From assembly GCA_902620425.1 (NCBI GenBank), contig CACNHX010000001.1:226311-290310 (forward strand): a stretch of DNA of 64,000 nt, read 5' to 3'. Within the stretch, counting starts at the first letter, position 1, and the number at the start of each line of letters is the position of its first letter. Made by a program: the position numbers and the translations under genes. The stretch comes from an uncultured Alphaproteobacteria bacterium. Lineage in GTDB: Bacteria; Pseudomonadota; Alphaproteobacteria; HIMB59; GCA-002718135. The notes beneath the pieces were generated by a model. It was not told where the DNA came from, searched no databases, and was given only the letters and a program-made list of their open reading frames with translations. Below are positions 44,287 to 53,991 of the stretch, piece after piece.

Positions 44287-45240
44287 TTATTGTTGAATAG
44301 TATTTAATTTATCTAGTTCAGAAGATAATTGTGGCAATGCCTCAAATAAATCAGCGTTTAATCCATAATCAGCAACATTGAATATTGGCGCTTCTTCATC
44401 TTTATTGATTGCAACAATTACCTTACTTTCTTTCATACCTGCTAAGTGCTGTATTGCACCAGAAATTCCGACGGCAATATACAAATCTGGGACAACTACT
44501 TTACCAGTTTGCCCAACTTGATAATCATTAGAAACATAACCAGCATCTACAGCAGCACGAGAAGCACCAACTGCTGCATTAAGCTTATCTGCTATTTCAT
44601 TTAAAAGTTTAAAATTTTCGGCACTTTGTAATCCTCTGCCACCGGATATCACAACTCGAGCAGTACTTAACTCTGGTCTTTCAGATTGAGATTCTTCTCT
44701 ATCTATAAATTCAACACTGCCACTATCATTATCAAAAGAAATATTTTCGACCTGTTCTTTTCCACCGCTAGTTTCTACAGGATCAAAAGATGTTGGTCTT
44801 ACTGTTACTACTTTAATCTTGTCATTTGATTTAACTGTTGAAATAGCGTTACCAGCGTAAATTGGCCTCATAAAAGTATCGGGGCTTATTATTTTTATAA
44901 CATCACTAACTTGTGCAATATCTAGTTTAACAGCAATTCTAGGAAAAATATTTTTACCAAATGTTGTCGCAGGTGCCATTATGTGGGAATAATTATTAGC
45001 CAAAGATACAACGATAGGCTCAATGTTTTCAGCAATTGGGTTTTTAAGTTTTTCATTATTGGCTAAATATACCTTTGAAACCTTTTCACATTTAGAGATA
45101 TTTTTAGCTAACTCTTCACATTCATAGCCAGTTACTAAAACATGGATATCTTGATCTATTTTGGATGCTGCAGATATAGTATTTAAGGTTGATGATTTGA
45201 TATCTATATTATTATGCTCTGCTAATACTAGTATTGTCAT
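44287..45240 (-). CDS. etfA: electron transfer flavoprotein subunit alpha
   Basis: [18 protein letters not shown] and [17 protein letters not shown]. Confidence 0.92.
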   Translation of the reverse strand: MTILVLAEHNNIDIKSSTLNTISAASKIDQDIHVLVTGYECEELAKNISKCEKVSKVYLANNEKLKNPIAENIEPIVVSLANNYSHIMAPATTFGKNIFPRIAVKLDIAQVSDVIKIISPDTFMRPIYAGNAISTVKSNDKIKVVTVRPTSFDPVETSGGKEQVENISFDNDSGSVEFIDREESQSERPELSTARVVISGGRGLQSAENFKLLNEIADKLNAAVGASRAAVDAGYVSNDYQVGQTGKVVVPDLYIAVGISGAIQHLAGMKESKVIVAINKDEEAPIFNVADYGLNADLFEALPQLSSELDKLNTIQQ

Positions 45241-45986
45241 ATAACTTTTGCCTCATGTTTAAGTTTTTGAACCAGTTCGGCAACATCATTTACCATAATT
45301 CCTTTTTGTCTAACAGGTGGTTCTTCTACTTTTAATTGTTCAATCCTAGGTTCTATATTTATACCAAGTGAAGATGCATCTTTTGTATCAATTGGTTTTT
45401 TCTTTGCTTTCATTATGTTTGGTAAAGAGGCATATCTAGGTTCATTCAGTCGAAGATCACATGATGCTACAAATGGTATAGAAACTTTTATCCTCTCCAA
45501 ACCTTCATCAATTTCTCTAGTAACGATTGCATTTTGCCCCTCGATTTCAATTTTAGATGCGAAAGTAGCCTGAGGCCAATTAAGTAAAGCAGATGTCATT
45601 TGACCAGTTTGATTACAATCATCATCGATAGCTTGTTTTCCCATTAAAATAATTGATGGTTTTTCTTCTTCAGCAACTTTAGAAATTATTTTTGAAATAG
45701 CTAGAGGCTCAAGGTCATTGTCTGTTTTAATATGTATACCCCTATCAGCTCCCATTGCTAATGCAGTTCGTATAGTTTCTTGAGCTTTATCATTACCTAT
45801 AGTAAGAATTATAATCTCGTCTGCTTTACCAGCTTCTTTTATTCGTAGAGCCTCCTCTACTGCATTTTCATCAGGAGGATTCATAGACATTTTTACATTA
45901 TCTTTTTCAACTCCTGAACCATCAGTTTTAACCCTGATTTGAACATTATAATCTATGACTCTTTTTACGGTGACAAGTAACTTCAT
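45237..45986 (-). CDS. etfB: electron transfer flavoprotein subunit beta
   Basis: [15 protein letters not shown]..., [14 protein letters not shown] and [15 protein letters not shown]. Confidence 0.92.
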   Translation of the reverse strand: MKLLVTVKRVIDYNVQIRVKTDGSGVEKDNVKMSMNPPDENAVEEALRIKEAGKADEIIILTIGNDKAQETIRTALAMGADRGIHIKTDNDLEPLAISKIISKVAEEEKPSIILMGKQAIDDDCNQTGQMTSALLNWPQATFASKIEIEGQNAIVTREIDEGLERIKVSIPFVASCDLRLNEPRYASLPNIMKAKKKPIDTKDASSLGINIEPRIEQLKVEEPPVRQKGIMVNDVAELVQKLKHEAKVI

Positions 45987-45987
45987 A

Positions 45988-48423
45988 CTATTGTTTTAGT
46001 TTTTCATTTTTAGGATCATAAGGACTATCCTCTATAACAGTTACATTGTATTTTTTATCTAGTATATCCATTTCTAATTTTTGACCAACGTCAGCAAATT
46101 GAGGATCTACCATACCAATAGCTAATGATTTTTTCACTCTAAAACCATAGTTACCTCCTGTCGCACGACCTATAACCTTTCCATTAATATAGATTGGATT
46201 ATTGCCTAAAGCATCCGCATCTTCAACATCATGAACCTCTAAAGTTACCATTTTGTTTTTAAAACCATTTTGCTGCCATTTAACAAGAGAATCTCTTCCA
46301 ATAAAATTCCCTTTATTTAAATGTACAAATCTATCTAACCCAGACTCAAAAGCTGCATATTCTATAGACATTTCTGTACCAACTAATTTATATGTTTTTT
46401 CAACTCGTAAGCTTTCCATCGCTCTAATACCAAATGGTTTAAGTCCATGATCTTTTCCTACTTCCATTAATTTATCAAAAATATGGTTTTGATATTCAAT
46501 TGGATGGTGTAATTCCCATCCAAGTTCTCCAACAAAATTCATACGCATAGCAATACTAGGGGCTAAACCTACATTGATTTTTTTTGACGATAACCAAGGA
46601 AAATTTTCATTAGATAAATCAGTCTTGGTAACTTTAGAGAGAATATCTCTTGATTTAGGTCCTGCTAAAACAAGGACACCCATACTATTAGTTAAATTTT
46701 CATAAATTACTGATCCATCTTTGGGCATCCATTTATGAATCCAATCATGATCTAATCGTTGAAACGCTCCTGCTGAAACTAAATAAAAAGAATTTTCTTT
46801 TTCTTTTGCAATTGTGAATTCTGAATGAACTCCTCCAGCAGTGTTTAATGCATGACAAAGATTAACTCTTCCAATTTTTTTAGGAATTTTGTTAGCTACT
46901 AAATAGTCTAGAAACTCTTCTGCGCCAGGTCCTGAAATCCGACATTTAGCAAAGGCAGTCATATCTAGAAGGCCAGCATTATCCTGAACATTCAAGCACT
47001 CGTTGCCAACATGTTCAAACCATTTTGATCTTCTAAATGACCAATCATCTTTTTGTAATTCTTTTGAAGGGGCAAACCAGTTAGCACGCTCCCAACCAAA
47101 CTTTTGACCAAAAACTGCACCAAGATTTTTTAATCTATCATAACAAGGAGCTTGTCTTAATGGACGTCCCTCTTCTCTTTCTTCATCAGGATAGTGGACT
47201 GTAAAGACATTAGCGTAAGCTTCTTCATTCTTTTTAATCAAATATGCCTCTGTTGCATAATCACCAAATCTTCTAGGATCTACACCTAACATATCAATTG
47301 TAGGTTCACCGTCTACTATCCACTCGGCAATTTGCCATCCAGCTCCACCCGCTGCAGTAATTCCAAAACTATGACCTTCATTTAACCAGAAATTTTTAAG
47401 TCCCCATGCTGGTCCAACAATTGGACTTCCGTCTGGTGTATAACAAATAGCACCATTGTAAACTTTCTTAACTCCAACTTCTCCAAAAATAGGAACGCGG
47501 TGCATTGCTGATTCAATATGAGGTTCTAAACGCTCTAGATCTTCTTGAAATAATTCGAATTCAGATTCTTTGTCAGGTCCTTCTACATAGCAAACGGGAG
47601 CTCCTTTTTCATAAGGTCCTAATATCAATCCTCCTCTTTCTTCACGCATGTACCAAGAACTATCAGAATCTCGTAAGACACCCATTTCAGGAAGTCCTTG
47701 TTCTTTTCTTTTTAATATTTCAGGATGATCGTCAGTCACTATGTATTGGTGTTCAACAGGTATAACTGGAATATCAAGCCCTACCATCTTTCCAGTCTGT
47801 CGCGCAAAATTACCACTACATGAAACTACATGCTCACATTCAATAGATCCTTTATCAGTTTCTACAATCCATAAATCATCTTTATTTTTTTTAATCCCTT
47901 TTACAGAAGTGTTTCTATAAATTTCTGCACCTTTATCTCTTGCTCCTTTTGCAAGAGCCTGAGTTAGATCGGCTGGTTGAATGTATCCATCTTCAGGATG
48001 TTGAATTGCACCTATCAATCCATCTGTATTACAAAGTGGCCAAATTTCTTTTACTTGTTCAGGTGTTAAAAATTTAACATCAACACCTATTGTTTTTGCA
48101 ACTCCTGAATATTGATAATACTCATCCATTCTATCTTGAGTAGTTGCTAAACGAATATTTGAAACCACACTAAAACCAACTTTTTGTCCAGTTTCTTCTT
48201 CAAGAGTTTTATAAAGTTTGACTGCGTATTTATGCAATTGGCCTACCGAATAACTCATATTGAATAATGGAAGTAACCCTGCAGCATGCCAGGTTGATCC
48301 TGAAGTTAATTCTTTTCTTTCAACCAGAACTACATCTGACCAACCCTTTTTGGCTAAATGATAAAGAGTGCTAACGCCTACAGCACCTCCACCGATGACA
48401 ACTACTTTTGACTTTGATTTCAT
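45988..48423 (-). CDS. dimethylglycine dehydrogenase-type FAD oxidoreductase fused to a GcvT folate-binding domain
   Basis: 811 aa. It has the N-terminal DAO fold [20 protein letters not shown] (the covalent-FAD His context) and a C-terminal aminomethyltransferase-like domain. It is immediately upstream of etfBA. Confidence 0.85.
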   Translation of the reverse strand: MKSKSKVVVIGGGAVGVSTLYHLAKKGWSDVVLVERKELTSGSTWHAAGLLPLFNMSYSVGQLHKYAVKLYKTLEEETGQKVGFSVVSNIRLATTQDRMDEYYQYSGVAKTIGVDVKFLTPEQVKEIWPLCNTDGLIGAIQHPEDGYIQPADLTQALAKGARDKGAEIYRNTSVKGIKKNKDDLWIVETDKGSIECEHVVSCSGNFARQTGKMVGLDIPVIPVEHQYIVTDDHPEILKRKEQGLPEMGVLRDSDSSWYMREERGGLILGPYEKGAPVCYVEGPDKESEFELFQEDLERLEPHIESAMHRVPIFGEVGVKKVYNGAICYTPDGSPIVGPAWGLKNFWLNEGHSFGITAAGGAGWQIAEWIVDGEPTIDMLGVDPRRFGDYATEAYLIKKNEEAYANVFTVHYPDEEREEGRPLRQAPCYDRLKNLGAVFGQKFGWERANWFAPSKELQKDDWSFRRSKWFEHVGNECLNVQDNAGLLDMTAFAKCRISGPGAEEFLDYLVANKIPKKIGRVNLCHALNTAGGVHSEFTIAKEKENSFYLVSAGAFQRLDHDWIHKWMPKDGSVIYENLTNSMGVLVLAGPKSRDILSKVTKTDLSNENFPWLSSKKINVGLAPSIAMRMNFVGELGWELHHPIEYQNHIFDKLMEVGKDHGLKPFGIRAMESLRVEKTYKLVGTEMSIEYAAFESGLDRFVHLNKGNFIGRDSLVKWQQNGFKNKMVTLEVHDVEDADALGNNPIYINGKVIGRATGGNYGFRVKKSLAIGMVDPQFADVGQKLEMDILDKKYNVTVIEDSPYDPKNEKLKQ

Positions 48424-48477
48424 TATTACTATTTAATACTGTACTTCATTAATCATATTAAATAAGGTGGGTCAATC

Positions 48478-49098
48478 ATGAGATACTTCAAAAAAATAAT
48501 TTTGGTGGTTATAATGAGTGCGTTTATTTGTCTTCCTGTTAAGGCTGAAATGACTCTTAAAGAATTATTTTTTGATGAGTCTAAGCCTTTTCATTTAAAA
48601 ATATTAGATGTTATTCCAGAGGAAGGAATTGTTCAAATTGGTGATGAAAATGCAAAAAATACTATTATTGAATTTATGGATTATTTTTGCGGATACTGTA
48701 AAAAAGTCCATCCTGAATTGCTTCAAATTGCAAACGAAAGACAGGATACGAGAATAATCTTCCTGCAACATCCGATTTTAAGCGAGTCTTCTAAATTACT
48801 AGCAAATATGGTTATAGCTGCAAACATGCAGAACAAGGGTATCGATTTTCATAATGCATTGTTTGAAGTTGAAGGAAATTTAAATAATGCAAAACTAAAA
48901 CAGATAATTGAAAACCTTGAGTTAAATGATGCTAAATTAAATATCGATATTGCAAAAGAAAGTGTTAATAATATTGTAAGACTGAGTTCTTTTTTAGCTA
49001 ATGGATCGGGCGCTCGTGGTACTCCTACTTTTTTTGTAAATGAAGAACTTGTTGTTGGTTATATCTCTATTGATAGAATAAAAGCTTTATTAAAATAA
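48478..49098 (+). CDS. DsbA-family periplasmic thiol:disulfide oxidoreductase
   Basis: Signal peptide, the CGYC active site in FMDYFCGYCKK, and GTPTFFV. Confidence 0.7.
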   Translation: MRYFKKIILVVIMSAFICLPVKAEMTLKELFFDESKPFHLKILDVIPEEGIVQIGDENAKNTIIEFMDYFCGYCKKVHPELLQIANERQDTRIIFLQHPILSESSKLLANMVIAANMQNKGIDFHNALFEVEGNLNNAKLKQIIENLELNDAKLNIDIAKESVNNIVRLSSFLANGSGARGTPTFFVNEELVVGYISIDRIKALLK

Positions 49099-49128
49099 AG
49101 AAGCCCTATAAATTAAATAGAGCTTCTT
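49098..49128. terminator. stem-loop between convergent dsbA-like and GcvT-like genes
   Basis: AAGAAGC-c-CTAT ... ATAG-a-GCTTCTT is an imperfect inverted repeat. It is followed on the minus strand by a T-rich run (tttatttta). Confidence 0.5.
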
Positions 49129-49136
49129 AAAATATT

Positions 49137-50468
49137 TTATTTATCTACTACTTCTCTAGTATTAGCGTTGTGTGATTCAGTAAAAGGAATTGGCACAACT
49201 TCTGCATCTACTGGCACACCAGGTGTATCTGCATATTGATCAGGTAAATGAACCTTGAATTTACGACCAAAATTTCCAATAGGAAAACCATTTTTATTTA
49301 GAGTTCCATCAAATGGTACATAGCCCATAGCAATGTTTCTTCCTTGCTCAGGATGATACCAGGGAGAAGTTATAAATCCACAAGGTTCATTGCCATCTTC
49401 TGAAACAAGCCAAAAATCAGGAGCATATTCTTCGATAGGTTTTCCACCTAAGCTTAATCCAACTAACTGAAGCTTGTATGGTTTTTTTCCTTCTTTTAAA
49501 TCAGCTTTCATCTTTTCAAGAACAGTTTTTCCAACATAATCAGAAGTTTTATTCCACTCACCTTTACCAGATAAAGATACTTGATAGCCTAAATTACATT
49601 GAAAAGGATTATGCTGATTATCCATATCTTGACCCCAAGATAAAATTCCTGCTTGAATTCTACGGTGATGAGCTGGAGCTATAACCATAAGATTATGTTT
49701 TTTTCCTGCTTCTAAAACAGCATTCCACATATCATCAGCATATTTTGTTGAGTCATATAAATAAATTTCAAATCCTGCTTCTCCAGAAAAACCTGTTTGA
49801 GAAATTATACAATCTCTTCCCCCTACTTTCGCAGCAGCAAGTCCATAGAATGGCATTTCATCAACTTTAACTTGATCACCTATTAAATCATTCATCAAAG
49901 CATGCGCTTTAGGGCCTTGAATTTGAACTGGGCTTACATCAATTTCATCAATATGAACATTGAATCTATTATCATGATTTACACCCTGTAAATACAAACC
50001 AATATCTGAGTCAGATAATGAAAACCAAAACTCGTCCTTTGAAATTCTTAAAAGAATAGGATCGTTTAAAACACCACCATATTGATTACAAAGAATAACA
50101 TATCTTCCTCTCATTGGAGATATTTTAGTAGCATCTCTTGTTATGACATAATCAACAAATGCCTCAGCATCAGGACCTTTAACCTGAATTTGTCTTTCAA
50201 CAGCAACATTCCACATAGTAACATGGTTTTTAATTGCCTCATACTCAACCATTGCTCCACCATCTTCAGGCTTTACGTAACCTCTTGGATGATAAATTCT
50301 ATTATAAACTGTTGCTCTCCAACATCCCGCCTCCATTGACAAATGCCAATAAGGTGATTTTCTCACTCTGGTTGAAATAAGCATTTGGACTGGTGTAGGA
50401 CCACTTTGTCTTAAATTGTAGGGAACCTTTCTGTCCGATTGATCCACCGACGTAGAATGTTTAATCAT
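49137..50468 (-). CDS. GcvT/DmdA-family tetrahydrofolate-dependent aminomethyltransferase/demethylase, substrate unknown
   Basis: 443 aa with WNVAVERQIQVKGPDA, LNDPILLRISKDEFWFSLSDSD, DVSPVQIQGPKA and GFSGEAGFEIY, the GcvT-fold motif series. Confidence 0.8.
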   Translation of the reverse strand: MIKHSTSVDQSDRKVPYNLRQSGPTPVQMLISTRVRKSPYWHLSMEAGCWRATVYNRIYHPRGYVKPEDGGAMVEYEAIKNHVTMWNVAVERQIQVKGPDAEAFVDYVITRDATKISPMRGRYVILCNQYGGVLNDPILLRISKDEFWFSLSDSDIGLYLQGVNHDNRFNVHIDEIDVSPVQIQGPKAHALMNDLIGDQVKVDEMPFYGLAAAKVGGRDCIISQTGFSGEAGFEIYLYDSTKYADDMWNAVLEAGKKHNLMVIAPAHHRRIQAGILSWGQDMDNQHNPFQCNLGYQVSLSGKGEWNKTSDYVGKTVLEKMKADLKEGKKPYKLQLVGLSLGGKPIEEYAPDFWLVSEDGNEPCGFITSPWYHPEQGRNIAMGYVPFDGTLNKNGFPIGNFGRKFKVHLPDQYADTPGVPVDAEVVPIPFTESHNANTREVVDK

Positions 50469-50619
50469 TATAAACTCCTTAAATAAATATGCTATTTCTG
50501 TATTTAATCTTTAAATACTCTGCAATGATAAAATGTAGGTGATGTAAAAAAAATGGTGGACCTTAATTAGGTCAAAATTTCGTCTTAGTTTTGACAGCAA
50601 ATTTTGTTATTTGTACTCC

Positions 50620-51528
50620 ATGAAATTTAAATTATTACTACCTATTATTTTTTTATTAATTTTTTTAGGCGGTTGTTCAGCCAGTTATAAACAACTCTCT
50701 AAAATAGAAAATAAAGAACCAAAAAACTTTCAAGATCACTTACTTTCCGAATACAAAAAAAGAGCTACTTTTGAAGCAGAAGAGATGCATGATTGGAATT
50801 CAGCAAAACTATATTCTGAAAAAGCTCTCAGGAGTTTAGAAACTGATGAAATATATCCAGAAGAAATTTCTTATTGGAAATTGCCAAAAGAAAATATTAA
50901 GGAAATAAGAATTGCATATGATAACCTTATGACAATTTATAATGATGCAAAAAAAATTGATCCTTTAAATTTAGCAAAAGCTATTTCATCATTAGATTGC
51001 TGGTCAGAGCAACAGGAAGAAAATTGGCAAACATGGGATATTAATAGTTGCAAGGATGATTTCTTGAACGCCATGCATAGTATTTATGAAAAAATATCGA
51101 CTCAGGAAAACGAGCAGGAAACTTCAAGTGAGAAAGACAATAATTTAGAAAAAGAAACGAAAAATGAAGTAACAATTGTTACTAAAAACAAAAATAAAGA
51201 ATTACTGCAAATAATTTATTTTGATTTCGATCAATTCAATTTATCTGAAGTAAGTAAAGATAAAATAAAAAAATTTTTAAATAATTATGGAAATGATATT
51301 AATGAATATCTTGTAGTTGGACATACTGATACTAAAGGAACAAATATATATAATTTATCATTATCAATCAAAAGAGCAGAGGTTGTAAAAGAAATTTTAA
51401 TTAATTACGGAATTAATCAAAGTAGTATTAAAATTTTAGGCAAAGGTGAGGAAACTTTAGCTGTAGATACTCCAGATGACACCAAACAGCCCGCAAATAG
51501 AAGAGTGGAAATAAAAAAAACAAATTAA
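50620..51528 (+). CDS. OmpA-domain lipoprotein
   Basis: Lipobox FLGGC after MKFKLLLPIIFLLIF, and a C-terminal OmpA-like domain (VVGHTDTKGTNIYNLSLSIKRA...ANRRVEI). The ATG at 50620 is preferred over the TTG at 50611. Confidence 0.8.
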   Translation: MKFKLLLPIIFLLIFLGGCSASYKQLSKIENKEPKNFQDHLLSEYKKRATFEAEEMHDWNSAKLYSEKALRSLETDEIYPEEISYWKLPKENIKEIRIAYDNLMTIYNDAKKIDPLNLAKAISSLDCWSEQQEENWQTWDINSCKDDFLNAMHSIYEKISTQENEQETSSEKDNNLEKETKNEVTIVTKNKNKELLQIIYFDFDQFNLSEVSKDKIKKFLNNYGNDINEYLVVGHTDTKGTNIYNLSLSIKRAEVVKEILINYGINQSSIKILGKGEETLAVDTPDDTKQPANRRVEIKKTN

Positions 51529-51568
51529 CTTTTGTTTATAAATGTTTTGGTATATTGAGCTTCTTTCA

Positions 51569-51961
51569 ATGTATTCCAAAACTACAAAAAAAATAAATAT
51601 TACTGTTAAGCCTTATTATCTTGAAGACCAATCTGAGCCTGAAGATCAGCATTATGTATGGGCTTATAAAGTAATAATTGATAACCAAGGTAATGAAAAA
51701 GTTCAGCTTGTAAACAGGCATTGGAAAATAATTGATGCTAATGGTACTCTTCAAGAAGTACGAGGTAAAGGTGTAGTAGGCGAACAACCTGTATTAAATC
51801 CAGGTGAAAAGTTTGAGTATACCAGTGGCACACCTTTAACTACTTCATCAGGTTTCATGGAAGGAAGTTATGAAATGCAAGGTGATGATGGAAATATTTT
51901 TAATGTTCAAATACCGCAGTTTTCATTAGATACACCATTTGAAAATAATAAATTAAATTAA
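51569..51961 (+). CDS. apaG: ApaG (DUF525) protein
   Basis: ITVKPYYLEDQSEPEDQHYVWAYKVIIDNQG...QLVNRHWKIIDANG...GVVGEQPVLNPGE is the canonical ApaG series. I prefer the internal ATG at 51569. Confidence 0.85.
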   Translation: MYSKTTKKINITVKPYYLEDQSEPEDQHYVWAYKVIIDNQGNEKVQLVNRHWKIIDANGTLQEVRGKGVVGEQPVLNPGEKFEYTSGTPLTTSSGFMEGSYEMQGDDGNIFNVQIPQFSLDTPFENNKLN

Positions 51962-51973
51962 TTTACAAATTCA

Positions 51974-53422
51974 ATGAGAGACTTTAGGTCAATATTAAAT
52001 ATAATCGGAATACTAATATGCATCGAATCATTAGCGATGCTGATTCCAATGTTCTTTGATCTTTATTATGGTAATTATGATTGGTTACAATTTTTTTACT
52101 CAAGTTTAATAACATTTTTTATTGGTATAATATTATATTTTTCATTTAGAAAAAAAAATATTAAGCTTGGAATTAGGCAGGCATTTTTATTAACAATTTT
52201 ATCTTGGTTAGTTATATCTCTTTTTGGTGCGATTCCATTTGTTTATTCATCATCTTCACTTTCATATACAGATGCTTTTTTTGAGTCTGTAAGTGGAATT
52301 ACCACAACTGGTGCAACTGTTATTAATGATTTAGAAAACTTGTCAGAGGGTATATTAATTTGGAGATCTCTTCTTCAATGGTTTGGAGGAATAGGAATTA
52401 TTGTTCTTGCAATGGCTATATTGCCAACTTTACAAATTGGTGGAATGCAGTTGCTACACATGGAACATGATGATCCTTATGAAAAAACTATTCCTAAGGT
52501 TAATCGATTTGTGATTGAATTATTTCTACTTTACATATCTTTATCGATTATTTGTGCCTTTTTGTATTTTGTAAATGGAATGAAAGGTTTTGATTCAATT
52601 ATTCATGCAATGACTACGATTTCAACTGGTGGATTTTCTAATTATGATGAATCATTTTCGTATTTTAATTCGTTTAAACTAGAAAGTATAAGTATTATTT
52701 TTATGTTGGTAGGAAGTTTACCATTTGTCTTGTATTTGCAATTTTTACATAATCAAAAAAAATTGATTTTTAAAGATGATCAAATTAAATTATTTTTTGT
52801 AATTTTATTTATAGTTATTTTGTTAACAACAATTTGGCTAACTACTAATCAATCTATAGATGCAATTTCTGCATTTAGAATTGCTTTATTCAATATTACA
52901 TCAATTCTAACTGGTACCGGCTATACTAGTAGTAACTTTTCCAATTGGGGAAGTTTTGGCATTGTAATAATGATGATTATTATGTTTGTTGGTGGATGTG
53001 CAGGATCTACTACCGGTGGAATTAAAATATTTAGGTTACAAATTTTATTTAGAGGAGCAATTACACAAATTAAAAAGTTAACTCAGCCTCATGCAGTCTT
53101 AGTTATGCGATTTAACGGAAAAACAGTTAATGAAAATACCTATAACTCAATAATGGGCTTTTTCTTTATGTATATATTTTTATTTATTTTATCAGCAGTA
53201 AGTTTAAGCTTATTCAATTTAGATTTTTTAACTGCCTTTTCAGGAGCAGCTTCTGCAATATCAAACGTTGGCCCAGGTTTAGGTGAAATAATTGGGCCTA
53301 GCGGAAATTATTTTTTATTAGATAATGGAGCTAAATGGATATTATCAATTACTATGATTATTGGAAGATTAGAAATTTTTACAGTATTAGTTTTATTATC
53401 TATAAATTTTTGGAGAAGTTAA
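51974..53422 (+). CDS. trkH: TrkH-family potassium uptake protein
   Basis: 482 aa, polytopic, with repeated selectivity-filter-like TTTGA / STGGFS / TGTGYT / TTGGIK motifs. Confidence 0.9.
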   Translation: MRDFRSILNIIGILICIESLAMLIPMFFDLYYGNYDWLQFFYSSLITFFIGIILYFSFRKKNIKLGIRQAFLLTILSWLVISLFGAIPFVYSSSSLSYTDAFFESVSGITTTGATVINDLENLSEGILIWRSLLQWFGGIGIIVLAMAILPTLQIGGMQLLHMEHDDPYEKTIPKVNRFVIELFLLYISLSIICAFLYFVNGMKGFDSIIHAMTTISTGGFSNYDESFSYFNSFKLESISIIFMLVGSLPFVLYLQFLHNQKKLIFKDDQIKLFFVILFIVILLTTIWLTTNQSIDAISAFRIALFNITSILTGTGYTSSNFSNWGSFGIVIMMIIMFVGGCAGSTTGGIKIFRLQILFRGAITQIKKLTQPHAVLVMRFNGKTVNENTYNSIMGFFFMYIFLFILSAVSLSLFNLDFLTAFSGAASAISNVGPGLGEIIGPSGNYFLLDNGAKWILSITMIIGRLEIFTVLVLLSINFWRS

Positions 53423-53991
53423 AAACTTAAATAATCTTTCATATAAATTGAAAATTGGTTTTTCGTTTCATTTATATAATCTTTCATTGCTGAAACTAAT
53501 AAATCATTAATAATTATTTCAGTTTCATTTAAAGAAATATATTTTTGAGAAGTTGTGGATCTTGAAGTTTCTACTGTAGTATTAGCTATTAAATAACTAC
53601 TATTATCATAAAGTTCATATTCAACTAAATAAAATACTTCGTATTTAAATATAGTTTTTTCCTCATATTTTTTAGCATCGACATTCATGATTTCAGTTTT
53701 TTTAATAGATGCATCTATAATGTTTATTACTAACTTGTTTTCATTTCCAAGTTTAAGAATGTTTTGACTATTCCACTCAGCCATTAAATTAAGGGGAGGT
53801 TTTTGTATTTGATCTTCAATATTAGATTGGGAAAATACTGAACTGTATTTTTTATTAACTTCAATTTTTTCTGCATTTATTGATATTTTTTCAAATATAG
53901 CCATATCAATTTCAACTGGTTTTAATATCTCAACAGGCTGACAAGATAGAATGATAAAAAAAATTAAAATAAAACTATTTTTTAAGTACAT
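53419..53991 (-). CDS. hypothetical lipoprotein
   Basis: Lipobox-like ILSC after a hydrophobic N-terminus; 190 aa. It overlaps the argF 3' end by 17 nt. No family recognised. Confidence 0.5.
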   Translation of the reverse strand: MYLKNSFILIFFIILSCQPVEILKPVEIDMAIFEKISINAEKIEVNKKYSSVFSQSNIEDQIQKPPLNLMAEWNSQNILKLGNENKLVINIIDASIKKTEIMNVDAKKYEEKTIFKYEVFYLVEYELYDNSSYLIANTTVETSRSTTSQKYISLNETEIIINDLLVSAMKDYINETKNQFSIYMKDYLSF

